A stretch of DNA of 64,000 bases. Origin: an uncultured Phycisphaerales bacterium. Its GTDB lineage: Bacteria > Planctomycetota > Phycisphaerae > Tepidisphaerales > Tepidisphaeraceae. The notes below the pieces were generated by a model. The model was not told the DNA's origin and searched no databases. It saw nothing but the letters and a program-made list of their open reading frames with translations. The position numbers and the translations under genes were made by a program. The stretch spans positions 4,544,001-4,608,000 of the forward strand of contig CAVWLP010000002.1 of NCBI GenBank assembly GCA_963755915.1, given 5' to 3'. Of this stretch, positions 42,159 to 53,496 are shown piece by piece. How positions within the stretch are numbered: the stretch's first letter is position 1; each line of letters opens with the position of its first letter.

Positions 42159-42316
42159 ATAAATTTTCCCAACCTTCGATCAGATAATCACCAAATATTC
42201 CTGAACCTCTGATACCGGTTCGCCAGGATTCAGGCGCGCCTCTCAAGAGAGAATATAAATTTCATATATTTAGAAAACATTCATTCTGTCTCGAACACCT
42301 CGCGGTCCCTGGGATG

Positions 42317-42464
42317 TCAGCCTTGACTCTTTGACTCCCGTGCCCCGTCTAAGGCGCCACTACGCGGCATCGAGACGGCCGCGCCGGAGCTTGATAAGAG
42401 ATTCCTGAAAAGATCAATGGCGATGACCTCGCCACGGGTCTACGAAAGAATCCCGTTAATCTCT
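42317..42464. other. Structured intergenic segment (candidate cis-regulatory RNA or ncRNA)
   Basis: Nested complementary blocks CTCTT/AAGAG, CTCC/GGAG, CCGTCT/AGACGG; adjacent AGAGATT/AATCTCT closing TGGCGA/TCGCCA and ACGGG/CCCGT. Confidence 0.4.
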
Positions 42465-42718
42465 GGTTTTTGTCGTTGGCAAAATATCAACTTTCTGGTC
42501 GTTTCCAAGCATTTCTTTATCAAGCACTTTGCGCGCCGGCGCTGGATATTTTCAATTCGCGCAGCCGATCGGGCCTATTGAGCGCAATTTTGGGGTCAAA
42601 ACAGATTTGGCGCATCGTGGCAGGCATCATCCTTTGCGACAAACCGCTTCGCGAAAAAAGTCTATAAATTTGCTCGAATTTGGTCAGCGGTAAATGGCGA
42701 CCCGCACACAACAACGTT

Positions 42719-44270
42719 TCAGCTGTGCTGCATCGGCTGCCCCATGCGTTCGCCGATCACCCGGCGCATGACCTGCGTCGGCGCCGGCAAACCCGTCCAG
42801 GCTTCAAATTGCGCCACCGCCTGCCGGATGAACATTTCCACCCCGCCGATCGTTCGCGCTCCCATTTTCTCAGCCTGCGCTAGCAGAGCCGTTTTCGGCG
42901 GATTGTAGATCGTGTCATAGACGACGGTTTTTTCCATGATCGGCGGCTGATGCTTGCCAAACGGATTTTCGGCGATGTTTGGATGCATACCGACGGAAGT
43001 TGTATTGATCAAAACATCGCAGGAGGTGGCGCAGAAATCGTCGAAACTCACGGCGGATACTGCCCCTCGGCGGCCGTTAAATTCCGCAGCCAAGGCGGCG
43101 GCGCGCGATTCTGTCCGATTGGAAATGGTGACGGTCGCCCCGTAATGCGCCAACGCCACCACGGCGGATCGCGCGGTTCCGCCGGCGCCCAGGACCGACA
43201 CGCGCAGATCGGCCAGGCCGGCGCGATCGCAATTTAATTCGGCGGTGATGCTGTCGAGGATCGCGGCGTAATCGGTGTTGATGCCGCTTACACCGCTGGG
43301 GCGGATAATGATCGTATTCACCGCGCCGATTCGCCGGGCAAGTTCCTCGACTTCGCCGCCGGTCTCGGTCAGATAACGCAGGGCATTCTCCTTGTGCGGA
43401 ATCGTGACCGACAATCCGGCCAGGTTCATCCCCGGAAAATTTAAAAAGCCGTCAACAAATCGCTTGAATTTGCCATAGTCCGGCTCAACAAGCATCGGCA
43501 GATAAACGCCGTCGTGGGCCGTCGCGGCAAAGGCCGCGTTGTGAATCGCCGGCGACATGGAATGGGCGATGGGATGACCGACAACGCCATAGACTTTCGT
43601 CGCCGGCCCAATCGCATCCCAGCGATAAAGATATTTCGCATCGCTGATGGTGACTTGACCCGGCGCGGTCGCGGACGTGGGATCGAGCGACGCGAATGTA
43701 AGAAACGCCCCGAATTTTTTCGCCAGTATCCGGCTGACCAGCCCCGCCTCTCCCATGCACAGGGCAATCGTGGGCCTCCTGGCATTTTTCAGAAGCTCCA
43801 GGGCATCGAGATTTTCGACGATACCACCGGCCCGCCAGACGATCTTGTTCACCTGAGCATCGATCCGATCCATCCGGGCGACGATCTCCGCGAGATTCGC
43901 GGGCTTGCCCGAAAAATCGTGGAAGCTGAGGATCGACCGCGAAGAAATCTCGCGAAAGAGCGGATCGGCCGTTTTTTCCTCAATCGACTCGAGCTCGATA
44001 TCGACGAGCGGGGCGCCAGTCCGAAAGGCCTCGGCGAGAAGCTCGAGCCGCTGCTGGTCGGAAAGCGTCGAATGCCCGCCCTCGGCGGCCGAGCGGCAGG
44101 TCACGATCGCCGGCAGGATCGCGTCTTCCAGAAGCAGTCGCAGCACGCCCTTGTCCCGAAGATGGTCGATTCGCAGCTCCACCATCTCCGCCCCCGCGGC
44201 GCGCGGCGGCGATGTCATGCCGGGCCCGGGCCAGCTCGGTTACGAAAATCGGAGCGCAAAGATGCGTCAT
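42719..44270 (-). CDS. aroDE: Bifunctional type I 3-dehydroquinate dehydratase / shikimate dehydrogenase (frameshift near 44205)
   Basis: VELRID, SFHDF, CMGEAG, TAPGQ; HSMSPAIHN, SVTIPHK, AVNT, NTD, GAGGTA. Confidence 0.92.
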
Positions 44271-44304
44271 GCCACGTGCCCAAACTGCGCCCCCTGTAGC
44301 GATT

Positions 44305-45182
44305 TCAATTCGCGGGCAGCGCCCCCGCCTCCTTCATACATTCCTCGATCTGCTTTTTGGTGTTGTCGCTTGCTTCCCAGAGCGGCAGGCGCAGCTCGCC
44401 GGTGTCGAGTCCGGCAAACTTCATCGCGTGCTTGATGCCAACGGGGTTGCCGTCGAGGAACATCGCCCGCATGAGGGGGAAGAGCTTGCGATGCAGGTTG
44501 GCCGCCTGCTCATATTGGCCGCCGAGGCAGAGCTTCGTCAGCGATTTGATTTGCTGGGGAATGACATTCGACAGGACGCTGATGACGCCGCGCCCGCCGA
44601 TGGACATGATGGGGACCGTGAGGGAATCGTCGCCGCTGATGAGCGTGATATCGCACAGCGAGCGGATTTCGCTCGACATATTCAAATCGCCGGTGGATTC
44701 CTTGACGGCGATGATGTTGCGATGCTTTGAGAGCCGGGCGATGGTCTGCGCCGACATCGTTACGCCGGTGCGTCCGGGAATGTTGTAGAGAACAATCGGC
44801 AGATCCACGCGGTCGGCCAGCGTCATGAAATGGCGATAGAGCCCCTCCTGCGTGGGCTTGTTGTAATAGGGGTTGACCGAGAGACACCCCGGCGCACGGC
44901 TCGCTTGGCGATCTGGTGAAGCTCCAGGGCCTCGGTGGTTGCGTTCGCACCGGTTCCCGCGATCACGGGAACGCGCCCGGCGGCAAACTGCACCGTCAGC
45001 TCGATCACGCGGGCGTGCTCCTTGAAATCCAGCGTGGGGGATTCGCCGGTCGTGCCTACGGGGACGAGGCCGTCGATTCCACTCTGGATTTGAAACTCGA
45101 CCTGTTGCTTCAGCCGCTCCTCATCAACGCGGCCTTCGCGGAAGGGAGTGGTCATCGCAGTCATGGCGCCTTGAACATTCAT
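44305..45182 (-). CDS. dapA: 4-hydroxy-tetrahydrodipicolinate synthase (frameshift near 44890)
   Basis: GTTGESPTL, PYYNKP, YNIPGRT, KES, SGDD, NPVGIK. Confidence 0.95.
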
Positions 45183-45227
45183 AGAGGATTCATTGTAGGC
45201 GCGGGCCGATGCGAATAAAAGATTCGC

Positions 45228-45957
45228 TCATTTGCGGGCAATCGCGAGATATTTCCGAACCGTCTCGGTAAGCCCGAATTCCAGAGCATCAGCAATCAGG
45301 GCATGCCCGATGGAAACTTCCAAAACCCCGGGTACGGCCCCAAGAAAATGCCCCAGATTCTGGAGGCTCAGATCGTGCCCGGCGTTGATCCCCAACCCCA
45401 ATTCCGACGCCCGTTTCGCTGCCGCCGCATACGAATCCGCGGCCGTCGGAATATTTTTGGCAAATTCCTCCGCGTACGGCGCGGTGTAAAGTTCGATCCG
45501 ATCCACCCCCAGCTTCACAGCCAAATCCATCGCCTCCGGCACGGGATCCATGAAAATGCTCACCCGGCATCCCAGCAACTTCAGCTCCTTCACCACGGGC
45601 GCAAGGCGACTGCGCGTCCCGCTTCAGGTCCCATCCATGATCGCTGGTCGCCGCATCCGGGGAATCAGGCACCAGCGTGCACTGCGTCGGGCGAAACTCC
45701 CGGGCGAAGTGGACGTACTCGATGAACGGATTTCCCTCGATATTGAACTCCGTACCGGGATACTCCTCAAGGAGCTGAGCGATCTCGCGCACATCGTCAG
45801 GCCGGATATGGCGCTGGTCGGGGCGCGGATGGACGGTGATTCCATCCGCCCCGGCGTCGAGGCACAGCCGGGCGGCGTAAACGACGCTGGGGATGCCGAT
45901 GGCCCGCGTGTTGCGCAGGGTCGCGACTTTGTTGACGTTAACGCTTAGCTTGGTCAT
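45228..45957 (-). CDS. pdxJ: Pyridoxine 5'-phosphate synthase (frameshift near 45610)
   Basis: LSVNVNKVATLRN, HPRPDQRHI, NIEG, NAGHDL, EVSIGHALI. Confidence 0.95.
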
Positions 45958-46599
45958 CGATGAGTTCCCGGGGGCAGCCAATGTCGCCGACGATCACTTC
46001 TCCAAGAAATTCCTTCGCCTCCGGCCGGACGAAGCCGGCTTTTTCGGCGACAAAGGTAATGGTTCGCTTCGCCCTCACGCACCTTTTGCCGAGAGGTTTG
46101 CCGGTATCGCAATCCAGCCCGCTGGGAATATCGATCGCCAGGACCGGGTGCCGCTGGCCTCGATTTCCGCGACGATCGAATCAAACGGATCCCGTGGCGG
46201 CTGCGTCAAGCCGGTTCCGAAGATCGCGTCGAGTATCAGCGCCGGCCGGCAGGCGCCGATCTTGTTCAAATCCCGCGATTCCACCGGCAGTTTCATCGCC
46301 TGCACGATCTCCCAGTTGATCTTCGCTTCGCCGGCATATTTTTCGGGATCGGTGGTAAGGAATATTCGCACATCGTATCCGCGATTGTGCAGATGGTGCG
46401 CGATGGTCAGGCCATCGCCGCCGTTATTCCCGCCGCCGCAGACGATCATCACCGGCCCTTCGCCCGGGCCACTCATTTTTACCGTCAGGTTAGAGGCCGC
46501 AATCGCGGCGTTCTCCATCAACACAGCGCCGGGAATGTGATACTTCTCGACCGACAATCGGTCGATATTCCGCACCTGCTCTCGCGTGAGTCGAAGCAT
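45954..46599 (-). CDS. nnrE: NAD(P)H-hydrate epimerase, stand-alone YjeF N-terminal domain (frameshift near 46150)
   Basis: [32 protein letters not shown] overlap with pdxJ. Confidence 0.9.
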
Positions 46600-46606
46600 C
46601 GCCCCC

Positions 46607-46614
46607 ATTATACT
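46607..46614. promoter_or_regulatory. Overlapping bidirectional -10 boxes (ATTATACT)
   Basis: TATAAT on minus 7 nt before nnrE ATG; TATACT on plus 8 nt before surE ATG. Confidence 0.7.
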
Positions 46615-46622
46615 GCGCGGCA

Positions 46623-47387
46623 ATGCTGATTCTCCTCACCAATGACGACGGCATTTCCGCTCCGGGGCTGGTGGCGCTTTATCGCGAGCTTACCGACCTG
46701 GGCGAGGTCCATGTCGTCGCCCCCGCGTCGGTTCAGACGCCACGAGCCATGGCATCACCCTCTCGACGCCGTTGCTGACGAGCCGGGTAACCGTCCCGGA
46801 CGCCTTCACCGGGATCGCGGTCGATGGGCGCCCGGCAGACTGCGTTAAGCTCGCGGTTGCCCATTTCCTTCCAAGGCCTCCTGACCTGGTTATCAGCGGG
46901 ATGAACAGCGGCGCCAACGTGGGCATCAACGTGATTTACAGCGGCACCATCGCCGCCGCCCTCGAAGCGGCGTTTTTGGGGCTTCCGGCGATCGCGGTTT
47001 CCCTGCATCTCGGCAAGGATATCCCCACCGACTACAAGCGTTCGGCAAAACTCGCCCGCCAGACGATCGACACGGTGCTCGAGTGGGGACTCCCTTCGGG
47101 CCGGGCAGCGACCATCAACATTCCCGCCCTGCGGCCCGAAGAATCCCCCCCCGGCGTCAGGATTGTGCCGCCAATGCACCCGCCCCTGGGCCGATATCTA
47201 CGAGCGCCGCAAAGACCCGCGCGGTCGCGACTATTTCTGGAACTCCAGCGTCTTTACGCTGGACTCCCCGGAGTCTGATTCCGACGTCGCCGCCCTGGCG
47301 AGCCGGCAGATCACCGTGACTCCGCTTCAGTTTGATCTGACGGATCACGCGCTGCTCAGGAAATGGAACGAGGGAACAGCCAAATAA
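46623..47387 (+). CDS. surE: 5'/3'-nucleotidase SurE (frameshifts near 46737 and 47170)
   Basis: [40 protein letters not shown]. Confidence 0.93.
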
Positions 47388-47409
47388 TCAGCCAAACGCT
47401 CAGGTTTCC

Positions 47410-48988
47410 ATGTCGACAGATAATTCCCAAAACCTTCAACTAGCGGTGAAATATCAGCAATTGGGGCGGCTGGCCGAATCGGAAGGGCTTTGCCTGGCGA
47501 TTCTCGCGGCTGAACCGAATCATGCCGACGCAATCCGTCTCCTGGGAAGGCTGGCTCGTCAGCGCGGAAATAATTCGGCAGCGCTGGAGTTGATCCAGCG
47601 CTGTCGCGATCAGCCCGTCGTCGGGTGATTTCAGAATTGACCTGGCGAATGTGCTGATGGCGCTGAATCGCCGCGACGAGGCGGCGCTGGCTGCTCAGGA
47701 GGCGGTGAATCTCGATCCAAATTCCGCCGTCGCGCAAACCACGCTCGGGCAAGCCCTGGCGGGGATCGGCCGGCTCAGCGAGTCGATCAATTTCTGGCGG
47801 CGCGCAGTGGAGCTTCGGCCTGGATATATCGACGCGGTGGAATGCCTGGGAGCGGCGTACCGCCGGCTCGGATCTCCCGCTGAGGCGGCCGCGGTTTATG
47901 AGCAGTTTCTGGCCTCCAACGCGGGCCCTCCCGGCACGCATAACAATCTGGCGGTTACCCTTGGGGAATCACGCCAGTTCGAAAAGTCGCTGGCAGCCTA
48001 TCGCCAGGGCCTGGAGTTGTTCCCCGATAACGCAATGATGCACTGGGGCTATTCGCAGGCGCTGCTGAGCGCGGGAAATTTCGAGCAAGGGTGGGAGGAA
48101 TTTGAATGGCGGCGAAGAATGCCGGGGCTTGGCCTGGATCGCCAGTTCCCTCAGCCGCAATGGGATGGCGCGGGCTTTACGAATAAGACGCTCTTGCTAT
48201 ACACCGAGGGGGGCTTCGGCGACGCGATCCATTTCATTCGGTTTATTCCGATGGTTGCGTCACGCGGGGGGAAAGTGATTTTGGAGTGTCAGGCCGAACT
48301 GCTTCGCCTTTTCGCTCAGGTTCCGGGGCTCGCTCCGATCGTTCCGCGGGGTCGGCCATTGCCCGAGTTTGATTTTCAAGTAGCCCTTCAGAGTCTGCCG
48401 CGGATTTTTAAGACGAAGCTTGAAAGCATTCCGGCCAGGATTCCATACCTGTCGGCTTTTCGCCAGGACGCCTCCCGCTGGAATGATCGACTGCAAGCTG
48501 AAAAGGAGGCGGGATTGCGGGTCGGGCTGGTCTGGTCCGGAAGCAATGCCGTCGGTGAAGACCAGCGATCTCGGAGCGTGGCGATCTTTTCTCCGCTTGC
48601 GAATATTCCCGGTGTCAGATTCTACAGTCTTCAAAAGGGCGTCGAGGCCGGGCAAATTCCTCCGCCGGAAATGCACCTGACGAATTACACCGGCGAGATC
48701 GGCGATTTCGCAGACCTTGCCGGTTTGATTGAGAATCTCGACCTGGTGATATCCGTCGACACTTCGGCCGCGCACCTCTACGGCGCCATGGGCAAGCCGG
48801 TGTGGGTCCTGATTCCCTATCGCAGCGATTTCCGCTGGCTGCGCGATCGCTCGGATTCCCCGTGGTATCCCACGATGAAGCTGTTTAGGCAGAAAACTGT
48901 CGGTGACTGGGATGAGGTGATCGAAACCGTGGCCAATGACCTAGGCGCGCTTGCGAAGGGGGCAATTTCGCGAAATCAAATTTCCTAA
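47410..48988 (+). CDS. TPR protein with C-terminal GT9-like glycosyltransferase domain (frameshift near 47600)
   Basis: TPRs; GWEEFEWR, EGGFGDAIHFIRF, VGLVWSG, LDLVISVDTSAAHL, DSPWYP. Confidence 0.85.
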
Positions 48989-50370
48989 TGAACGCCCTCC
49001 AGCCGCGCCAGTCTCTCATAGAGTGCCGCCGCTGTCCGAGTCCCGGCGTGCAGGGAGTCAAGGGCGAATTTCTCGTTGGGCGAATGCACCCGATCATCCG
49101 GTAATCCAAATCCCACCAGCAGCGTATCGATCCCCAGCGCCGATTTAAGCATACTGACAATCGGCACGCTTCCGCCCGCGCGGATCAGCGCTGGCCGCAC
49201 CCCAAAGCCCACTTCCACGGCCTCGCATGCCAGCTCCATAGCCGGGCTGTGAAGCGGCACCAGCACCGCGGGAGTGTGGCTGTGCAGCGTCACGTCGAGC
49301 TTCACGGAACCGGGACAGCGCTTCTTCAGCGTCTCGGTAAAGGCAATTCGAATCGCCTCGGGATCCTGCTCGGCCACCAGCCGCATTGAAACCTTCGCCG
49401 TCGCCTTGGAAGGAATTACCGTTTTCGCGCCGGGGCCTTCCCAGCCGGAGCTGAGGCCGTTGATGTCGCACGTGGGCCGGGCCCAGATCTGCTCCAGGAC
49501 GTTGTAGCCCACCTCACCCGTGGCTCCCTTGAAACCCAGCTCCGCGGCAAACTGCTTTTCGTCCATCGGCAGCTTCGCCCACATCATCCGCTCCTCTGTG
49601 GAGAGGGGAATCACCTTGTCATAAAAGCCCGGAATATTGACCCGGCCGTCCTTGTCGTGCAGGGTGGCGAGAAGATCGCAGAGCACATTCGCGGCATTTG
49701 GCACCGCCCCACCAAACAGGCCGCTGTGCAGATCGTGGGAAACACCCGTCACAGTCACTTCCATGTAGACCAGCCCGCGCAGCCCACACGCAATCGCCGG
49801 CACACCGCGGGCAAACTGGTTCGTATCGCTGATCAATCCGATATCGGCCTGGAGCAAATCGCGATTGCCGGCGACAAACGCCTCCAGGTTTGCCGATCCC
49901 ACTTCCTCTTCCCCCTCGATCAGCATGGTGAGATTTACCGGAATTCCGCCGTGCTTTTGCCAGGCGGCCACAGCCTCGATATGAGCCCAAACCTGGCCTT
50001 TATCATCGGCGGCGCCGCGGGCATAGATCGCGCCATCGCGGATCGTCGGCTCAAACGCGGGTGTGGTCCATAAATCGAGCGGCTCTGGCGGCTGGACATC
50101 GTAATGCCCGTAAAACAGAACCGTTGGACGGCCCTCGATGGGCTTATTCTTGCCGACCACGATCGGTGCGCCCTTCCCGCCGCCTGACGGATAAACCTTA
50201 ACGTCCAGCCCCGCCGCTTTAAGCTTGTCCGCCACCCACTGCGCACAGCGCGCGATCTGCGGCCCATGGTCCGGCTTTGCGCTCACGCTGGGGATGGCGA
50301 GAAATTCCTTCAGGCCGGCGATGGTTTCTTCCCGCCGCGAATCCAGGGTCTTGAGCACCGCCTCGAGCAT
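48985..50370 (-). CDS. M20 family dipeptidase
   Basis: YGHYDVQP, RGAADDKG, EGEEE, DLHSG, HSPNE. Confidence 0.92.
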   Translation of the reverse strand: MLEAVLKTLDSRREETIAGLKEFLAIPSVSAKPDHGPQIARCAQWVADKLKAAGLDVKVYPSGGGKGAPIVVGKNKPIEGRPTVLFYGHYDVQPPEPLDLWTTPAFEPTIRDGAIYARGAADDKGQVWAHIEAVAAWQKHGGIPVNLTMLIEGEEEVGSANLEAFVAGNRDLLQADIGLISDTNQFARGVPAIACGLRGLVYMEVTVTGVSHDLHSGLFGGAVPNAANVLCDLLATLHDKDGRVNIPGFYDKVIPLSTEERMMWAKLPMDEKQFAAELGFKGATGEVGYNVLEQIWARPTCDINGLSSGWEGPGAKTVIPSKATAKVSMRLVAEQDPEAIRIAFTETLKKRCPGSVKLDVTLHSHTPAVLVPLHSPAMELACEAVEVGFGVRPALIRAGGSVPIVSMLKSALGIDTLLVGFGLPDDRVHSPNEKFALDSLHAGTRTAAALYERLARLEGVH

Positions 50371-50402
50371 TCACGCAAGATTAACCGCCCCGGCCAAGGC
50401 GC

Positions 50403-51089
50403 TCAAATCGTTTTCAGGTCGGCCCCTGCCTTGGGGGTAAGAATCGCCCTTGGCCGGATCGAGCGAATCTTATCCGCCAGGGCCATCTGCTGGGCAAAGA
50501 GCTCTCGATTGACCGATGCCATGGCCCGGTCATCCGCCCGGAAAATATCCCCCGTCAGCGTCCGCGCAATCGACGATTCCACGAAGAGCATTTGCGATTC
50601 ATCCTGCCAAAGCGCCTTCACGACCACGCTCACGCCCGTATCGCCATAACTCAGCAAGCCCCATCGCGGCGGCAAATCCTTTTTCTGCACCAACCCCGCC
50701 GGTGCAAGGACGTAATGCAAATTGGCCATCGGCTGCATCAGGCAGGTGTCGAATTTCCCCAGCCCCAGGCTATGACTACGCGCCCGCCGTCGCTTCCGCC
50801 GGCGGGGATTCTTGCGATGGAGCATACAAAACTCCATCTGGCCGTCGTTGGAAATATCGCGAAGAAAATCGGATCGGCTCGCCTTGCATTCGATAAAACA
50901 AACCTGCGGCAGCTCGCGCGGAATCGCCAAATAATTCTGATAGGAGCGAAATGTGCCGGTGCCGACTGCGTCGACGATCCCCACCGGCGGCAACCGAACT
51001 TCAGCCGCGATGCACCGATATCCCATCCGCAGCAGCCAACGGCATGCCTCCTTCTTCAGACGCTTATGCAGATCCGTTTCACCCGGCAT
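50403..51089 (-). CDS. PD-(D/E)XK nuclease-like protein (MmcB-like)
   Basis: SD AGGAG; AEV..DAV..IECKASRSDFLRD, ANLHY, LPPRWGLL. Confidence 0.7.
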   Translation of the reverse strand: MPGETDLHKRLKKEACRWLLRMGYRCIAAEVRLPPVGIVDAVGTGTFRSYQNYLAIPRELPQVCFIECKASRSDFLRDISNDGQMEFCMLHRKNPRRRKRRRARSHSLGLGKFDTCLMQPMANLHYVLAPAGLVQKKDLPPRWGLLSYGDTGVSVVVKALWQDESQMLFVESSIARTLTGDIFRADDRAMASVNRELFAQQMALADKIRSIRPRAILTPKAGADLKTI

Positions 51090-51126
51090 GCTGGCACTCC
51101 TTTGCCCAATTTCTCCTGGCCCTGTT

Positions 51127-53389
51127 TCACTCCGCCTTACAGTAATCCTTCCACATCTGGCGATAGGCCGTTTCCATATTCCGCGCAAACCGCGGGGCAT
51201 CCATCAGCGGCGAGGCCATCATCCTCACCCGCAAATCGCGCCGCAAGTCCGCCAGGCGGGCCGCATCGCGGCATAGCTCGAGCACGATTCCATGAAATTG
51301 CTCATCCGTTTGCGCGGCAAAATGTTTGAGATTCAGATTCGACAACTGGCTCAGTCCCGCCCGCCCCACCACCGTCGATCCGATCCGGTTCATCACCGGC
51401 ACACCCATCCAAAACGAATCGAGGCTCGTAGTGTGTCCGTTGTAAGGCAGCGTATCGAGCCCGATGTCGATCCGCCGATATAGCTCCAGATAATTCCGAC
51501 GTTGCTGAAACTCAATGAACTCGACCCAATCCGGGTTAATCCCGTTTTCCGAAAGCTTCTGCCGAATCCTTTCTCGATGCCCCCCATTTGCCGCCAGAAG
51601 CAGGAGCCGAAATTCGCCCACCGATTTGAAAACCGGCAGCCAAAGATCCAGCGTCCGCGCCGTCACTTTGCAGAAATTGTTGAGACACCCAAAAGTGACA
51701 AATCCATTTTTGATCGCCGGCAGCGGCCCTGGCTCTACATCCACCGCACCGGGGTTGTAGCACCAGAACGTCTCCGGCAGCCGCACGGTTTTTTCGCTGT
51801 ATAGATGCTCTTCGCCGGGCGGATCGAGATAGGGATCGCTGATGCGGTAATCAACCGCCGACAGCCCCGTCGTCCCTGGATAGGCCAGCCACGCCACTTG
51901 CACTGGCGCCGGCTTGCGCAAAGACCAGCGACCTCCCGTGCGACATGTGCATCGTCAGATCGACCAGGATATCGACGCGGTCGTCGCGAATTTTCCCTGC
52001 GACCGCTTTATCCGCAATCCCGATGATCGGCTCATAATGATCCACCAGCTTTTCGATCCGCTCCGTCGCCGCATCGCGCAGCGCCACGTGCGAATAGCAG
52101 AAAATCTCGAAATTCTCGCGGCCATGATTCGCAAACAGCGGAATCGTGAAAAATGACTGACAATGGTCGCGAAAATCGGCGCCGACGTATCCGATGCGCA
52201 GCTTACGATTCGGATCGCGATCGTTCTCATGCGGCCGAATCTCGCTGCTCACCCGCTGCGCGTGCAGGGCGTTCCACCGCAGCGCCTCGCGCAGAATGTC
52301 GTTGGCCGTGCAATCCGGGTGATACTGCATGGTAAAAATCAGGTTGCTGTGGGAAATCGAATCGCGCGGCTGAAAATCGACGGCCCGGCGATAGCACTCA
52401 ATCGCTTCCCCCAGCCGCCCCGCGTCCTTGTAGGCATTGCCCAGATTGCAATGCGCCGCCGCGTAATCCGGCCGCAGGCGCAGCGCCTGCTGGAAGGCGA
52501 GGATCGCCTCGTCGGTCTTGCTCATCGTCCGCAGCGCGTTGCCAAGGTTGTTATACCCGGCCAGAAAATCCGGCCGGATTTTCAGCGCCGCCAGATACGA
52601 CTCGGCCGCACCCTTGTAATCGCGCAGCGCCTGAAGCGCATTGCCAAGGTTGTTGTGGGCGTCGATGTATTGCGGGCTCAGTGCCACGGCCTTCCGGTAC
52701 ATCTCCACGGCCCGCGGATAATCTCCCGTGCCCGACAGGGCGTTCCCAAAATTGTAAAACGCCTGCGCAAAATCCGGCTTCAGCTCCACCGCCCGGCTCA
52801 GGACAATCACCGCTTCCGTAAACCGCTTCCGCGTGCAGAGCGCGTTGCCTAGATTCGTTAACAAGATCGGCGAATCCGGCGCAATCGCCAACCCGCGCCG
52901 GAAAACTTCGATCGCTTCATCCGTTTTTCGCAGTGCATTCAGCGCGCTCCCCAGATTCCCCATCGCGTCGACACAGTCTGGCTTGATCTCGGTAGCCTTG
53001 CGATAGGCCCCCGCCGCCTCGGCGATCCGCCCCAGCCCGAAATATGCATTGCCCAGATTGTTATGGCATTCCCAATTATCCGGCTTGATCTTCAGCAGTT
53101 TCTGATACGTCTCGATCGCCCGCTCCCGATCCCCCGCTCCCTGAAGCGCCAGCCCCAGCCCAAAGAGCGCCTCCGGAATTTCCGGCGAAATCTCCAGCGC
53201 CCTCTCCAAAAACTCAATGGCCGCAAGATGATCATTCCGCTGAAGTGCCAGAATCCCCATCCGATGCAGCGCCCCGGCATTCCCCGGATCGGAAGACAGG
53301 ATTTCCCGGTAAAGCCCCTCAGCCTGTTCCGCCCTGCCGGCCAGATGGTGCTCCGTCGCCTCTTGCAGAATCCGTTCCGCGGTAACCAC
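51127..53389 (-). CDS. TPR-containing GT41 (SPINDLY/O-GlcNAc transferase-like) protein (frameshift near 51918)
   Basis: About 10 TPRs; LRIGYVGADFRDH, KPAPVQVAWLAYPGTTG, NNFCK, LDTLPYNGHTTSLDSFWMGVP. Confidence 0.9.
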
Positions 53390-53496
53390 GCCTATATTTG
53401 GGGATAATCCGGCCGTAAATGCAAGTCTACGTCCCCACCCCCACGTCGGTCGGCGGCCCTCAGAACAAAATTATCACCGGGATTTCCGCAATGGCC

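Noticed and set aside
42390..42402. CTCTTATCAAG on the minus strand resembling a SAM-I riboswitch start
   Set aside because: Downstream GAGGGA..GCCC, GCAACC and GTGC..A core elements are absent
42431..42444. GCCACGGGTCTACG resembling part of a c-di-GMP-I riboswitch
   Set aside because: No GCAAA segment or GAAA-capped first stem, and it points away from the nearest downstream gene
42719..44270. aroD-aroE fusion as a novelty
   Set aside because: Already well known in Planctomycetota, Chlamydiota and plants
44305..47387. Programmed frameshifting or pseudogenes in dapA, pdxJ, nnrE and surE
   Set aside because: No consistent slippery sites; indel density across the window points to sequencing error
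50403..51089. Nuclease as part of an anti-phage or restriction system
   Set aside because: No adjacent DNA methyltransferase, ATPase or other defence genes
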